This document shows positions 19,522-28,086 of a DNA stretch of 64,000 nt, one piece after another (positions within the stretch are counted from its first letter, which is position 1; the number at the start of each line of letters is the position of its first letter). This DNA is from a virus, in IMG/VR virus record IMGVR_UViG_3300041409_000623, positions 3,547 to 67,546 of that record; one strand, given 5' to 3'. The notes under the pieces were generated by a model. The model was not told the DNA's origin. It made no database searches and saw only the letters and a program-made list of their open reading frames with translations. Made by a program: the position numbers and the translations under genes.

Positions 19522-20199
19522 TTAGAGACTCGGCTGGATGGCCGTCCCCTCCGGCGCAGGCGCCGACGCCTTGGCCGCGTCCGCCGCGAGCTTTTCGCGC
19601 AGCTTCGCGGTGCGCTCTTCGGCCTTCGCGACCTTCTCCGCCAGCGTGAGCTTCGGAGCCGCCTTGCGAGCCGCCTTGCGCTCTTCGGCCGTCATCGGCG
19701 GCTTGGGACCCTTCGGTCCGGCGAAGGAGCCGTCGGCGAACTCGAGGGTCGGAGGCGCGGTCTTGTTCGGGAAGGCGCCGACCGGGAAACGCATCGAGAC
19801 CGCTGCGCCGGTATAGATGGCATTGCGACCGCGCTTGTCGAGGGACTTGAAGTTGAGAGTCATGTTCTGATCCTTGATGAATGGCGGCTTGATTGCCGCG
19901 TTTGGCGGTGCCGATGGCGCGTCATGCGCCGTGGGCTCCGCTTTCTCGTTCGACGTTATCGGATCAGGCTGCGGTTGGGAAGCGGAATCTTCGCGGCCGA
20001 GGATGAAATCGGAAATCGTTCCGAGGTCGCTTTTCGGCTCGGCCTTCGGCTGATTCTTCTTGCTTTTCGGCGCGGCGTTGGCTCCGGATTTCTTGCTCAT
20101 GGTCTCTGCTCCTTCGGGCATCATCGGCCTGGGAATCAGGCTCGAATCTTCAGACTCGGCTTCACCTTCATCGCTCGTCCGTGAGCGATCCTTGCACAA
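19522..20199 (-). CDS. Lys/Ala/Pro-rich hypothetical protein (start uncertain)
   Basis: ORF track; basic low-complexity C-terminus, possibly DNA-binding. Confidence 0.55.
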   Translation of the reverse strand: MCKDRSRTSDEGEAESEDSSLIPRPMMPEGAETMSKKSGANAAPKSKKNQPKAEPKSDLGTISDFILGREDSASQPQPDPITSNEKAEPTAHDAPSAPPNAAIKPPFIKDQNMTLNFKSLDKRGRNAIYTGAAVSMRFPVGAFPNKTAPPTLEFADGSFAGPKGPKPPMTAEERKAARKAAPKLTLAEKVAKAEERTAKLREKLAADAAKASAPAPEGTAIQPSL

Positions 20200-20701
20200 C
20201 TGATCGCATAGCGCAAGCGGAAATCGTCATGCGATTCGTGTTCGGGATGCGCCTGCGCGTCCCGAATCGCGGCCACCAATTGCTTGCCCCAGTGCTCGAG
20301 CCACGCCTTGTGGTCGCGCGCGTCGGTCGGCAAGCCTGGCGTGATGCCGCGAATCACTTACTCTTCCTCGTGCCTGCCGCGCAGCGCGGCGCGACGGAGT
20401 GCGCTCAGAATGACCTGCTGCAGAGTGAACCACTCGTGCGCGGTCATCTCCGGTTTGATGCGCGCCAGTTCTTCGGCGGCGATGGTTTCGATGGAAATCA
20501 TGATCTCCTCCCAGAATCCTCGAGCGCGACCTGCCAGGCTGCGAGGTAGCGCTTCTGCTGCGCGCCGTAGAGATGCTGAAATTGTTCCGGCTGCGCGCGG
20601 ACCCAAGCGACCAGGGCGCGGTATTCTTTCGCGATGGCCGAAGGCGTCATCTTTAGAAGTTCTGCGTCGGTCCGCGTCGCCGTCGCGTTCGTCATGTCCA
20701 T
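20136..20701 (-). other. three small hypothetical CDSs
   Basis: ORFs ending 20136, 20358, 20498; first ATG at 20701 follows promoter. Confidence 0.5.
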
Positions 20702-20708
20702 GTCCGTC

Positions 20709-20737
20709 AGCTTGCGCCTTCTAAAATCGGAAAGCAA
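20709..20737 (-). promoter_or_regulatory. repeated phage early promoter, copy 3
   Basis: TTGCTT-TCCGATTTTAGAAGGCG-CAAGCT-GACGGAC-ATG. Confidence 0.75.
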
Positions 20738-20768
20738 GCGGCTCTTTTCTTAGGAAATACGTTGCTTT

Positions 20769-21668
20769 CTAGGACTGAAGTAGGTCAACGACCTCCTGCC
20801 AGCGGTCGGATGTGGCACGCAGTAAGGTCCGGTGAACATCCTCCTCGGCGACCTTTTCGACCCACCGATCTTCGTCGCGCAGGGACTCAACGGTCGTTTG
20901 AATCAATCCGACAATGACTTCTGGTTCCAACGCATCGAGCTCCCAACTGTCATCACCAAACTCAGCGATGTATGCCTTCGCGCGACTGTCGGAAATCTTC
21001 GCTGGGTTCGGTGGTGGTTGGTACTCTTCGATCTGGTCCCAGTTGAGCGCGAGACGCTGAAACTCGATACCACCCATGAACAGTTCGATGCGCTCGAGAA
21101 TGTCGCGAGACATGTCTTTGCCAGACGGATCATGATCACCGAAGTGCAGGACCATCGGCGTCTGACCAGCCTTGAAGTAACTTTTCATTCGCATTGCACC
21201 CACCCACATCTCTGACTGTGAGGTGTAACCGCGACATGAGAAGTAGGGAATGTCGAGATCGGTGCAGACTCTTTCGACGACCCCAGCGAGTGCGTCTTTC
21301 TCGATCCACACTTCAATACGATACGGCTGCGTGGACCACTTGTCGATACGAAACTGAGTAGCGACAGCATTCACAATCTGCGTTGGATTTGACCAATGTG
21401 GAACCTCACGGACATTCCGCGTGCGGTCGATGATGTCGTTCCAGTCGATGAGGCCCACCATACGCCCGTCGTTGATGATGCCGCCGAGTTTCGCGTACTC
21501 CTGCTGGTTGTTCGCAATCAAGTCTCGTGCTACGAACTGATAGTAGAGTTGGCGCAGCGTCAGCACGAAACCCTTCTGTCGATACTCGGTGATGATAGCG
21601 TTGGCCGTGGCGATGACTTTCAGCTTGTTAGCGCTGAGACGCTTGTCGATGTAGGCGATGCGTGGCAT
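20769..21668 (-). CDS. Topoisomerase VI subunit A/Spo11-like winged-helix + TOPRIM protein
   Basis: LTLRQLYYQ (putative catalytic Tyr), VWIEKDAL, HFGDHDPSG, WELDAL. Confidence 0.8.
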   Translation of the reverse strand: MPRIAYIDKRLSANKLKVIATANAIITEYRQKGFVLTLRQLYYQFVARDLIANNQQEYAKLGGIINDGRMVGLIDWNDIIDRTRNVREVPHWSNPTQIVNAVATQFRIDKWSTQPYRIEVWIEKDALAGVVERVCTDLDIPYFSCRGYTSQSEMWVGAMRMKSYFKAGQTPMVLHFGDHDPSGKDMSRDILERIELFMGGIEFQRLALNWDQIEEYQPPPNPAKISDSRAKAYIAEFGDDSWELDALEPEVIVGLIQTTVESLRDEDRWVEKVAEEDVHRTLLRATSDRWQEVVDLLQS

Positions 21669-21670
21669 GG

Positions 21671-22255
21671 TTAATCCTTTTTCAACACATTGATCTTCCG
21701 AAACCGGTCAAGGCAGGCCGCGACCGCGCTGGCGTTCGCCTTCGAGGCCTTCACGCCTTCGGCGACGGTCTTCGTCGTCTGCCCAGGGTGGGCAGCAACG
21801 AAGTCGAAAACCCAGCGCTTCAAGGAGCCTTCGCGCAGATGCTCCGGTTGGGCCGAGCCGAGGCGCCAGCCGATGCCGCCCGAGGGCATGGGCTTGGCGT
21901 AGGCTTGGGCTGCCTGGGGCTTGTTCTTCGCGGGTTCGGCCTTCGGCGCATGGGCGGTTTCGGCCTGCGCCAGACGCCGTGTCTCGGCTTCCAACTCGCG
22001 CTTCGCTGCGGCCAGCTCCGCTTCCGCCTGCGCCAACTCGAGGCGCGTGCGCTCGGCGTCGATGTTGTCGACCAGTGCGACCTCGGCGTTCGCCGAGATG
22101 TTCACTCCGCGCTGCTCGCTCTCAAATTCGCGACCGTCGGCCAGCGTGACGTGGCGCTTGACCAGCGGAATGATGCGAGCGCGGCATTCATTGACATAGT
22201 CAACGCGCCAGAGTGAATTGTCGTATCGAATGACTTGTCCGGATTGCAGGCTCAT
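21671..22255 (-). CDS. hypothetical protein with coiled coil and possible C-terminal winged helix
   Basis: AGGAG RBS before ATG 22255. Confidence 0.6.
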   Translation of the reverse strand: MSLQSGQVIRYDNSLWRVDYVNECRARIIPLVKRHVTLADGREFESEQRGVNISANAEVALVDNIDAERTRLELAQAEAELAAAKRELEAETRRLAQAETAHAPKAEPAKNKPQAAQAYAKPMPSGGIGWRLGSAQPEHLREGSLKRWVFDFVAAHPGQTTKTVAEGVKASKANASAVAACLDRFRKINVLKKD

Positions 22256-22373
22256 GTTTGCTCCTATGCCTTGCAGGCGGCGACGAAACCGCCGCGTCGT
22301 GCGATCAGTTCCTTCGCTGCGCTGAGGTCCAGTTTCCGCGCTGCCGTCGTCTTTGATGTGCGCCATGTCCGTC

Positions 22374-22402
22374 AGCTTGGCTCACCTAAAAACGGAAAGC
22401 AA
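22374..22402 (-). promoter_or_regulatory. repeated phage early promoter, copy 4
   Basis: TTGCTT-TCCGTTTTTAGGTGAGC-CAAGCT-GACGGAC-ATG. Confidence 0.75.
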
Positions 22403-22433
22403 GCAACGCTTTTCCTTAAGAAAAGCGTTGCTT
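22401..22433. terminator. inverted repeat, possible terminator abutting the promoter
   Basis: AAGCAACGCTTTTC-CTTAA-GAAAAGCGTTGCTT, just downstream of the DUF932-like gene. Confidence 0.55.
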
Positions 22434-22446
22434 TTTGAGACTTCGT

Positions 22447-23235
22447 TCAGACGATGACGGCCGTGGTATCGATGATCGTGGGTGACTCTGCGCCTGACGG
22501 AGGCGCAGAGTGCAGGCCGAATTGATGGCCGAGCGCCACGGTCGCCGACCAGGCGCGCAGCGGATTCAACGCCTTGACCGACCGGGTGAAGGCGTTAAAG
22601 AGACCGTAGGCAGTGCGCGGCAGACAGTCGGTCATGTCGCCTGCGGGATAGAAGTAGAATTGCGAGACGTAGTCGAAGAGGCGAATCGGCAGGAGTTGCT
22701 GCGCGAAGACATCGAAGACGATCTCCTTCGCCTCCATGTCCGTGATCGCCTTCGCCTGCAGACGCGCGATGTGCCGATCGAGCGTCGTGGCGTGCTGCAG
22801 GAACTTGGCGAACCCGGCTTCCATCGCCGCACTCAGGTCCAGGCCAGATGTGTTCTTGCGCTGCAAGGCAATCATGTCGCCTGACAGAGTCAGATTGTCG
22901 CAGACCATGACGCGGTTTCCAGCGACGCCTTTGATGGCCATCGTGCGGTTCGTGGAGTTGCGGAAACCAAGAGCGAGCCCCTCCGGCAAGGAAAGGACTC
23001 GCTCTCGGGAGACGAGGTCCATGACGCCGAACATCTTCGCGTTCTTCGCATCGAGCGCGAACTGCTCGCGTTCAATACGATAACCGCGACGGTCAGCCTC
23101 GGCGCGCAGCGCCTCGACCAGGACCGAGTGCGCGACCGGCTTGTGCGAGGTGCCGAGCGACTCGGGCGTGGGCAGACGGTGCAAGGCGTCGAAGGTGACG
23201 AGGCGTGACTTGCCGTGAAGAAGTGATGAACTCAT
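22447..23235 (-). CDS. DUF932/DUF945-like protein
   Basis: HKPVAH, GFRNS, RVMVCDN, TAYGLFNAFT. Confidence 0.7.
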   Translation of the reverse strand: MSSSLLHGKSRLVTFDALHRLPTPESLGTSHKPVAHSVLVEALRAEADRRGYRIEREQFALDAKNAKMFGVMDLVSRERVLSLPEGLALGFRNSTNRTMAIKGVAGNRVMVCDNLTLSGDMIALQRKNTSGLDLSAAMEAGFAKFLQHATTLDRHIARLQAKAITDMEAKEIVFDVFAQQLLPIRLFDYVSQFYFYPAGDMTDCLPRTAYGLFNAFTRSVKALNPLRAWSATVALGHQFGLHSAPPSGAESPTIIDTTAVIV

Positions 23236-23246
23236 GACTGCTCCTT

Positions 23247-23915
23247 TTAGGCGACGAGGTCAATCTGCTGCTTGGCGTGCTCGAGTGAGTTCGCCCAGCA
23301 GATGAAGTGATTGTCGCGCTCGACCCAGAACTTGTTGTCGGGCTTGTCGAGAGAGAAGACCGACCATCGAATGAGATAGCCGCGATACGCTGAGTGCGTG
23401 ATCGGGTCGTTGCGCAGGACGCTGGTGCGCTGCCGGAAGCCGTCGATGCGCTCGTCGAGCGTAGGCGTGTTGTCGGGCGTGACCACCCGACGGAGTTTCT
23501 GCGCTGACCGAATTCTGATCTCGCGACCGGTGCGCGTGTTGCGGCCGACCCAACCGCCATATTCGCTGACGGACTCGATCTTGACCGGTGCGAGACGGCC
23601 GCTGACTTTGACGACGTAGGTGAGACCGACTTCGACGGCTGCTTTCTTCATGACTGCTCCTCGAATGATGCCGATTGAATCCTACGCGTTGACCGCGATG
23701 TAGCCAGCGGCTTCCTTCTCGGTGATGCGCGCATCGACGAAGTCGCGCAGCGAGTCGCGATCCTCGAAGTACCGCGCGCTCATCTTCCCTGCCGTGCCGA
23801 CCTTGCCCGCGACCGTGGTCACCTTGCGATGGCCGATGTCGTTGTTGAGAATGAAGAAGTGCGTGCCGTTGGTGAAGGCGAACCGGACGCTCGGGAGGTG
23901 CTTGCCTTTGGTCAT
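23247..23915 (-). other. two hypothetical CDSs (23247-23651; 23682-23915, WGR-like)
   Basis: GGAG RBS before each; second has GKVGTAG...KEAAGY. Confidence 0.55.
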
Positions 23916-23924
23916 GATGTGCTC

Positions 23925-24056
23925 CTATCGGGCTACGTTGGTGTAGATGACTTTCGGTCCGCCTTCGTGCTCATCGTGAAGGTGAACGTGGTGGTGATGG
24001 TCCAAGGAGAGGTGAAAGAGAGTCGCGAGAGTCAATGCCTTGAGAACCTTTTTCAT
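23925..24056 (-). CDS. His-rich 43-aa peptide (not in ORF track)
   Basis: MKKVLKALTLATLFHLSLDHHHHVHLHDEHEGGPKVIYTNVAR*; downstream of a canonical promoter. Confidence 0.45.
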   Translation of the reverse strand: MKKVLKALTLATLFHLSLDHHHHVHLHDEHEGGPKVIYTNVAR

Positions 24057-24103
24057 CTGAATCCCTTGCGCCATCAATGGGCGGCTTCTGCGTTGAGGTC
24101 CCT

Positions 24104-24132
24104 ACTGTAATCGGCGGAAAGGAAAATGTCAA
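24104..24132 (-). promoter_or_regulatory. sigma70-type promoter
   Basis: TTGACA-17 nt-TACAGT. Confidence 0.7.
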
Positions 24133-24624
24133 CTAAAAAAGAATGTCGTCGGAAAAATCTTCGTCTGGGCCTGAGATACGCTGGCCAGGATAATCCTCTG
24201 AGACATCGTCGATGCCTGCCTCAGTCGTCGGCTCGGTCGGCTCGAAGTCTTCCTCGGCTTCCATCTCGCAACGCCCGCAGTCGCCACCGTAGCGGAGCGT
24301 GCCGTGGCGTGGGCAAGGGTCGCCGTAGGCTTCGCGCATGTAGTCGTCGTGCGTGGCCTCGTCGCGGAGGTGCTCTTCGTATCCGAAATCATCAAACATT
24401 GTCCTGCTCCTTGATGCGAAAGGTTAACCGACCACCACAATGCCGAGGTGCGCGAAGCGAACATTCTCGATGCCGATGACCACCGGAACGAATCGGCCGT
24501 TCGGCGCAACCGCCACCATCCAGCGCACCGGCTGTTCGCCGATGGTCTTGAGGATGAATTTTTCGGCGTTGGCTTGCGTGGCGTAAGACCGATGCTCGTT
24601 TTCGTTTGCCTTCGTCATCGCCAT
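24133..24624 (-). other. two small CDSs (very acidic 24133-24399; 24424-24624)
   Basis: ORF track; AGGAG RBS for the acidic ORF. Confidence 0.55.
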
Positions 24625-24631
24625 GTCCGTC

Positions 24632-24660
24632 AGCTTCCGCTATCTAAAAAGAGAAAGCAA
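24632..24660 (-). promoter_or_regulatory. repeated phage early promoter, copy 5
   Basis: TTGCTT-TCTCTTTTTAGATAGCG-GAAGCT-GACGGAC-ATG. Confidence 0.7.
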
Positions 24661-24814
24661 GCGGCTGTTTTCTTAGGAAATAACGCTGGACTTGGCCTTT
24701 AGCCTTGTGCTAGGCTCGCTGGGCCTTTCGGGTTGGGCAGGCCAGCCCCGATCCGAAGTCGCGCGGCGCACTCCGCGTGGAGCCCGAAGGGCCGACTTTT
24801 TATGGAGTGCGACA

Positions 24815-25240
24815 TTGCAGACTTATTTTATTTCAAACGGTGTCCATGTAAAAATCGGTAAAAGTACGTACCCTAAAGAACGATTTAAGTCACTTCAGAC
24901 GGCCTCCTTCCTCCCACTACAGATACTCGCCATCGTTGACGGCGACATCGAACAAAACCTTCATCGACGGTTCGAGAAGTACCGAGTTAAAGGCGAATGG
25001 TTTGAACTCTCAAACGAACTAAGAGAGTTTATCGCGTCGCTCACTCCTTACCCAGAAAAGCTTGTGACTACTCGCAAAAAGAAGTATAGAAAAATTCTAG
25101 AGTACCCACCAGGTAAAAAGCACGGTTGGCACATCGTAACTGACGAGACAAAAGCTAAGTGGCAAGTTCATTGGAAACAAAAAAGAGAAGCAAAATGGCA
25201 GGCGCTTAGAAGCAAAAATACTTCTGGTGCCGCGCAATGA
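24815..25240 (+). CDS. GIY-YIG family (T5orf172/MUG113-like) nuclease
   Basis: TYFI...VKIGKS...ERFKSLQT...EQNLHRRF...GEWF; visibly AT-richer than flanks; TTG start after GGAG. Confidence 0.8.
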   Translation: MQTYFISNGVHVKIGKSTYPKERFKSLQTASFLPLQILAIVDGDIEQNLHRRFEKYRVKGEWFELSNELREFIASLTPYPEKLVTTRKKKYRKILEYPPGKKHGWHIVTDETKAKWQVHWKQKREAKWQALRSKNTSGAAQ

Positions 25241-27330
25241 CCGCGCAAGACATCGTCCGCTCCTACTTCGACAAGAACTTCCACGTCGTCTTCTGGCCTG
25301 ATGTCGGCGACCAAAAAGGACCGACAGAACGCGGTTGGAAGACCAAACCGTTCACGGCCGACGACTTCGACGAGACCGTCCGCGTCGGAGTGATGACGGG
25401 CCAGGAGATCGCTCCTGGTCACTTCCTGCACGATGTCGACATCGACTGGGCCGCAGGCTACAAGATCGCACTGAACTTCCTACCGCGCACTGAGTTCGTC
25501 TACGGTCGTGCCAGCAAGTTCGTCAGCCATTGTTTCTACACCCTGCCGGACGCACTGCCACGCATCGAGTACAAAGACCCGGTCGACAAGACCATGCTCT
25601 TGGAAATCCGAGGCACCAAAGAGAACGGGGAACTCGGTTGGCAATCGATGGTGCCGCCTTCCGTCTGGTCGAACAAAGAAGGTCAACGCGAACCGCTCGA
25701 GTTCCGCAGTCAAGGATCACCCTCGCACTTCGAGAACACCGGTCACTTCAAGCAGCGCGTCTGTCTCGCTGCTATCGGTATGCTACTCGCCAAACGCCTC
25801 GGCACGAACGGCTTCGGCCACGACGCACGACTAGCCTGGGCCGGATTCCTCCTGCGCGCTTCGATCCCGGTCGACGACCTCGTCCTGATAGGTGAGGCCA
25901 TCTCGGTCTATTGCAACAATCGAGAAATCGTCGATGTCCGCCGCACCATTGAATCGACAGCGCTTGCGCTCACCAACGAAGCGAAGAAGGTCAAAGGCGG
26001 TCCGGCGCTCGCACGCATCATCGGCGGCGAGGCAGGCAAGAGGGTTATTGCTGAAATCAACCGCTGGCTGGGTCGTGATAGCGACTTCATTCGGAACGCC
26101 GACGGTCTCATTCTTAAGGACAACCAGGAGAACGTTCGACGCGCGATCCGGCTACTCGGCGTCGAGTTGTCCTATCAGGAGTTCGCTGAGAAAATGCTGA
26201 TACGCGAGGGTGACGCGCCTGTGCGACTCGTGGATGATCGCGTAGTCAACAACATCTGGCTGCGCATCGACCGCGAGCATCGCTTCCGGCCGTCGTTCGC
26301 GTTCTACGAGCGGGTGCTCACGGACTCGGCTTTCGACAATACCTTCCACCCGGTCCGCGATTATCTGTCGTCGCTGGTCTGGGACAAGGAGCCTCGCATC
26401 AATCAATGGTTGGCGACCTATGGCGGTGCCGAAGATTCTTCGGAGAACTCCGAGGGTCGGACCTATCTGGAGGCGATTTCAGCGATTGTGCTGATTGCGG
26501 CGGTGCGTCGCATCATGCACCCTGGGTGTAAATATGACGAGATGCTCGTGCTCGAGTCCGAGCAGGGGTTCAATAAGTCAGGAGCGCTGCGAGCGTTGTG
26601 CCCGCACGACGAGTGGTTCTCGGACGATCTGCCCTTGAACTGCGACGCGAAGGAAATCATTGAGCGGACGGTCGGGAAATGGATTGTGGAGGCGTCGGAT
26701 CTAGTCGGTGGTCGCAAGGCGGACCGCGATCATCTGAAGTCGATGTTGTCGCGACAGATAGATGGCCCAGCACGAATGGCCTATGCCCATGTGCCGGTGG
26801 AACGACCGCGACAGTTCATTATCGTTGGCACGACGAACTCGGCTGAGTATTTGGCTGACGCGACTGGGGCACGACGCTTCTGGCCGGTCAAGGTCGGCCG
26901 GTTTGATCTCGAGGGGATTACGCGAGATCGAGACCAATTGTGGGCCGAAGCGTGTGTGCGCGAGGCTGTCGGTGAGTCGATACGGCTGCCGGAGGAGTTG
27001 TGGTCGTCGGCAGGTGAGCATCAGGAGAAGCGACGGGAGATCGACGCTTGGGAAGAGGTGATACAGGAGCATCTCGAAGGGTTGGAAGTGAGCGCTGGAC
27101 GTCGGCTCCAGGTTGCGACGGATACGTTGTGGACGGTCATTGGAACGGTTGATGTTTCTCGACGGGACCGAATGGGAGCACGACGGATTTCGGAAATTAT
27201 GCAGAGGCTGGGTTTTACGAGGACCAGTATTTATGTGGAAAAGAAGGTGGTGAATGGGTATGTGAAGATACTTTCGGAGAGCGAGCGGGTTAGGCAGCCG
27301 CCGAAACGCGATGACAACGCGCCTTTTTAG
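25237..27330 (+). CDS. primase-polymerase + VirE/VapE-type helicase
   Basis: N-terminal DVDID and downstream His (AEP-like); FHPVRDYL, PGCKYD, QGFNKS Walker A, RQFIIVGTTN, TGARRFWP. Confidence 0.88.
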   Translation: MTAQDIVRSYFDKNFHVVFWPDVGDQKGPTERGWKTKPFTADDFDETVRVGVMTGQEIAPGHFLHDVDIDWAAGYKIALNFLPRTEFVYGRASKFVSHCFYTLPDALPRIEYKDPVDKTMLLEIRGTKENGELGWQSMVPPSVWSNKEGQREPLEFRSQGSPSHFENTGHFKQRVCLAAIGMLLAKRLGTNGFGHDARLAWAGFLLRASIPVDDLVLIGEAISVYCNNREIVDVRRTIESTALALTNEAKKVKGGPALARIIGGEAGKRVIAEINRWLGRDSDFIRNADGLILKDNQENVRRAIRLLGVELSYQEFAEKMLIREGDAPVRLVDDRVVNNIWLRIDREHRFRPSFAFYERVLTDSAFDNTFHPVRDYLSSLVWDKEPRINQWLATYGGAEDSSENSEGRTYLEAISAIVLIAAVRRIMHPGCKYDEMLVLESEQGFNKSGALRALCPHDEWFSDDLPLNCDAKEIIERTVGKWIVEASDLVGGRKADRDHLKSMLSRQIDGPARMAYAHVPVERPRQFIIVGTTNSAEYLADATGARRFWPVKVGRFDLEGITRDRDQLWAEACVREAVGESIRLPEELWSSAGEHQEKRREIDAWEEVIQEHLEGLEVSAGRRLQVATDTLWTVIGTVDVSRRDRMGARRISEIMQRLGFTRTSIYVEKKVVNGYVKILSESERVRQPPKRDDNAPF

Positions 27331-27373
27331 GGTGGGAATGCTATAAAAACATGAACCAAAGCTTCGCTTATTG

Positions 27374-27647
27374 TTATCGTCCCTTATCGCAGTTTGCTGG
27401 AGTTATATTACGGCAAAGCCCTCTACCCACCGTATGGTGTTTGTTAGTTACAATAAGTACAGTAAGACGGAAAGCGCCATACGGGTCAATAGGTTACGGC
27501 TTTGCGTCGCTTGCCGTCTTATCGCATTTATCGAATTTATCGTTCTTATCGTTCTTTTCAAGATTCTAACCACTGCCTCTTATCGTCTTATCGTCTTATC
27601 GTTCTTATCGTCAAAATAAAATCGCGGCCGGATTTTTCGTCTTATCG
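27374..27647 (+). repeat. array of 11 direct TTATCG hexamers in AT-rich intergenic DNA
   Basis: copies at 27374, 27384, 27519, 27528, 27537, 27546, 27580, 27588, 27596, 27605, 27642. Confidence 0.85.
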
Positions 27648-27689
27648 TTCTTAGCGCCAAACAAAAAGAAAATAGTTTCGGCTTCCTAG

Positions 27690-27718
27690 TTGATTTCTCG
27701 AACTATCGGGCCTATTCT
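27690..27718 (+). promoter_or_regulatory. putative late promoter
   Basis: TTGATT-17 nt-TATTCT, 8 nt before GTG of terS. Confidence 0.55.
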
Positions 27719-27726
27719 GCGTAGCA

Positions 27727-28086
27727 GTGCAGTCCCTTGCCGACTATCTGGGCGTCGTCGATTCTAAGGAGCCTGACCGCTCTCCTGGTCCGGCTCCGTC
27801 GAAAAGAGTGACGGCTAAGTCTTTTGCGCTCGAGATTCTGACCTCGCAAGAATATCGACAGTCGATTCACAACCGTATTATTCTTGGCGACCTTCCGCCG
27901 CAGCTCGAATGCCTGCTCTATCATTACGCATACGGCAAGCCTGTCGAGCGCGTCGAAGTCACCGACGTGCCTTTCGACCACGACGACCTCACGATCGAGC
28001 AGCTCGAAGAACGCGCCTTGCGCACCTTGGAGTTCGTGCGCAGGCACCGTCGTGAACCCGACGAAGAGACGGGCGCCATCCACTGA
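27727..28086 (+). CDS. putative terminase small subunit
   Basis: position before terL; YAYGKPVERVEV...DLTIEQL. Confidence 0.6.
   Translation: MQSLADYLGVVDSKEPDRSPGPAPSKRVTAKSFALEILTSQEYRQSIHNRIILGDLPPQLECLLYHYAYGKPVERVEVTDVPFDHDDLTIEQLEERALRTLEFVRRHRREPDEETGAIH

Noticed and set aside
27374-27647. Possible CRISPR array
   Set aside because: Repeats are 6-9 bp with no unique spacers and no cas genes.
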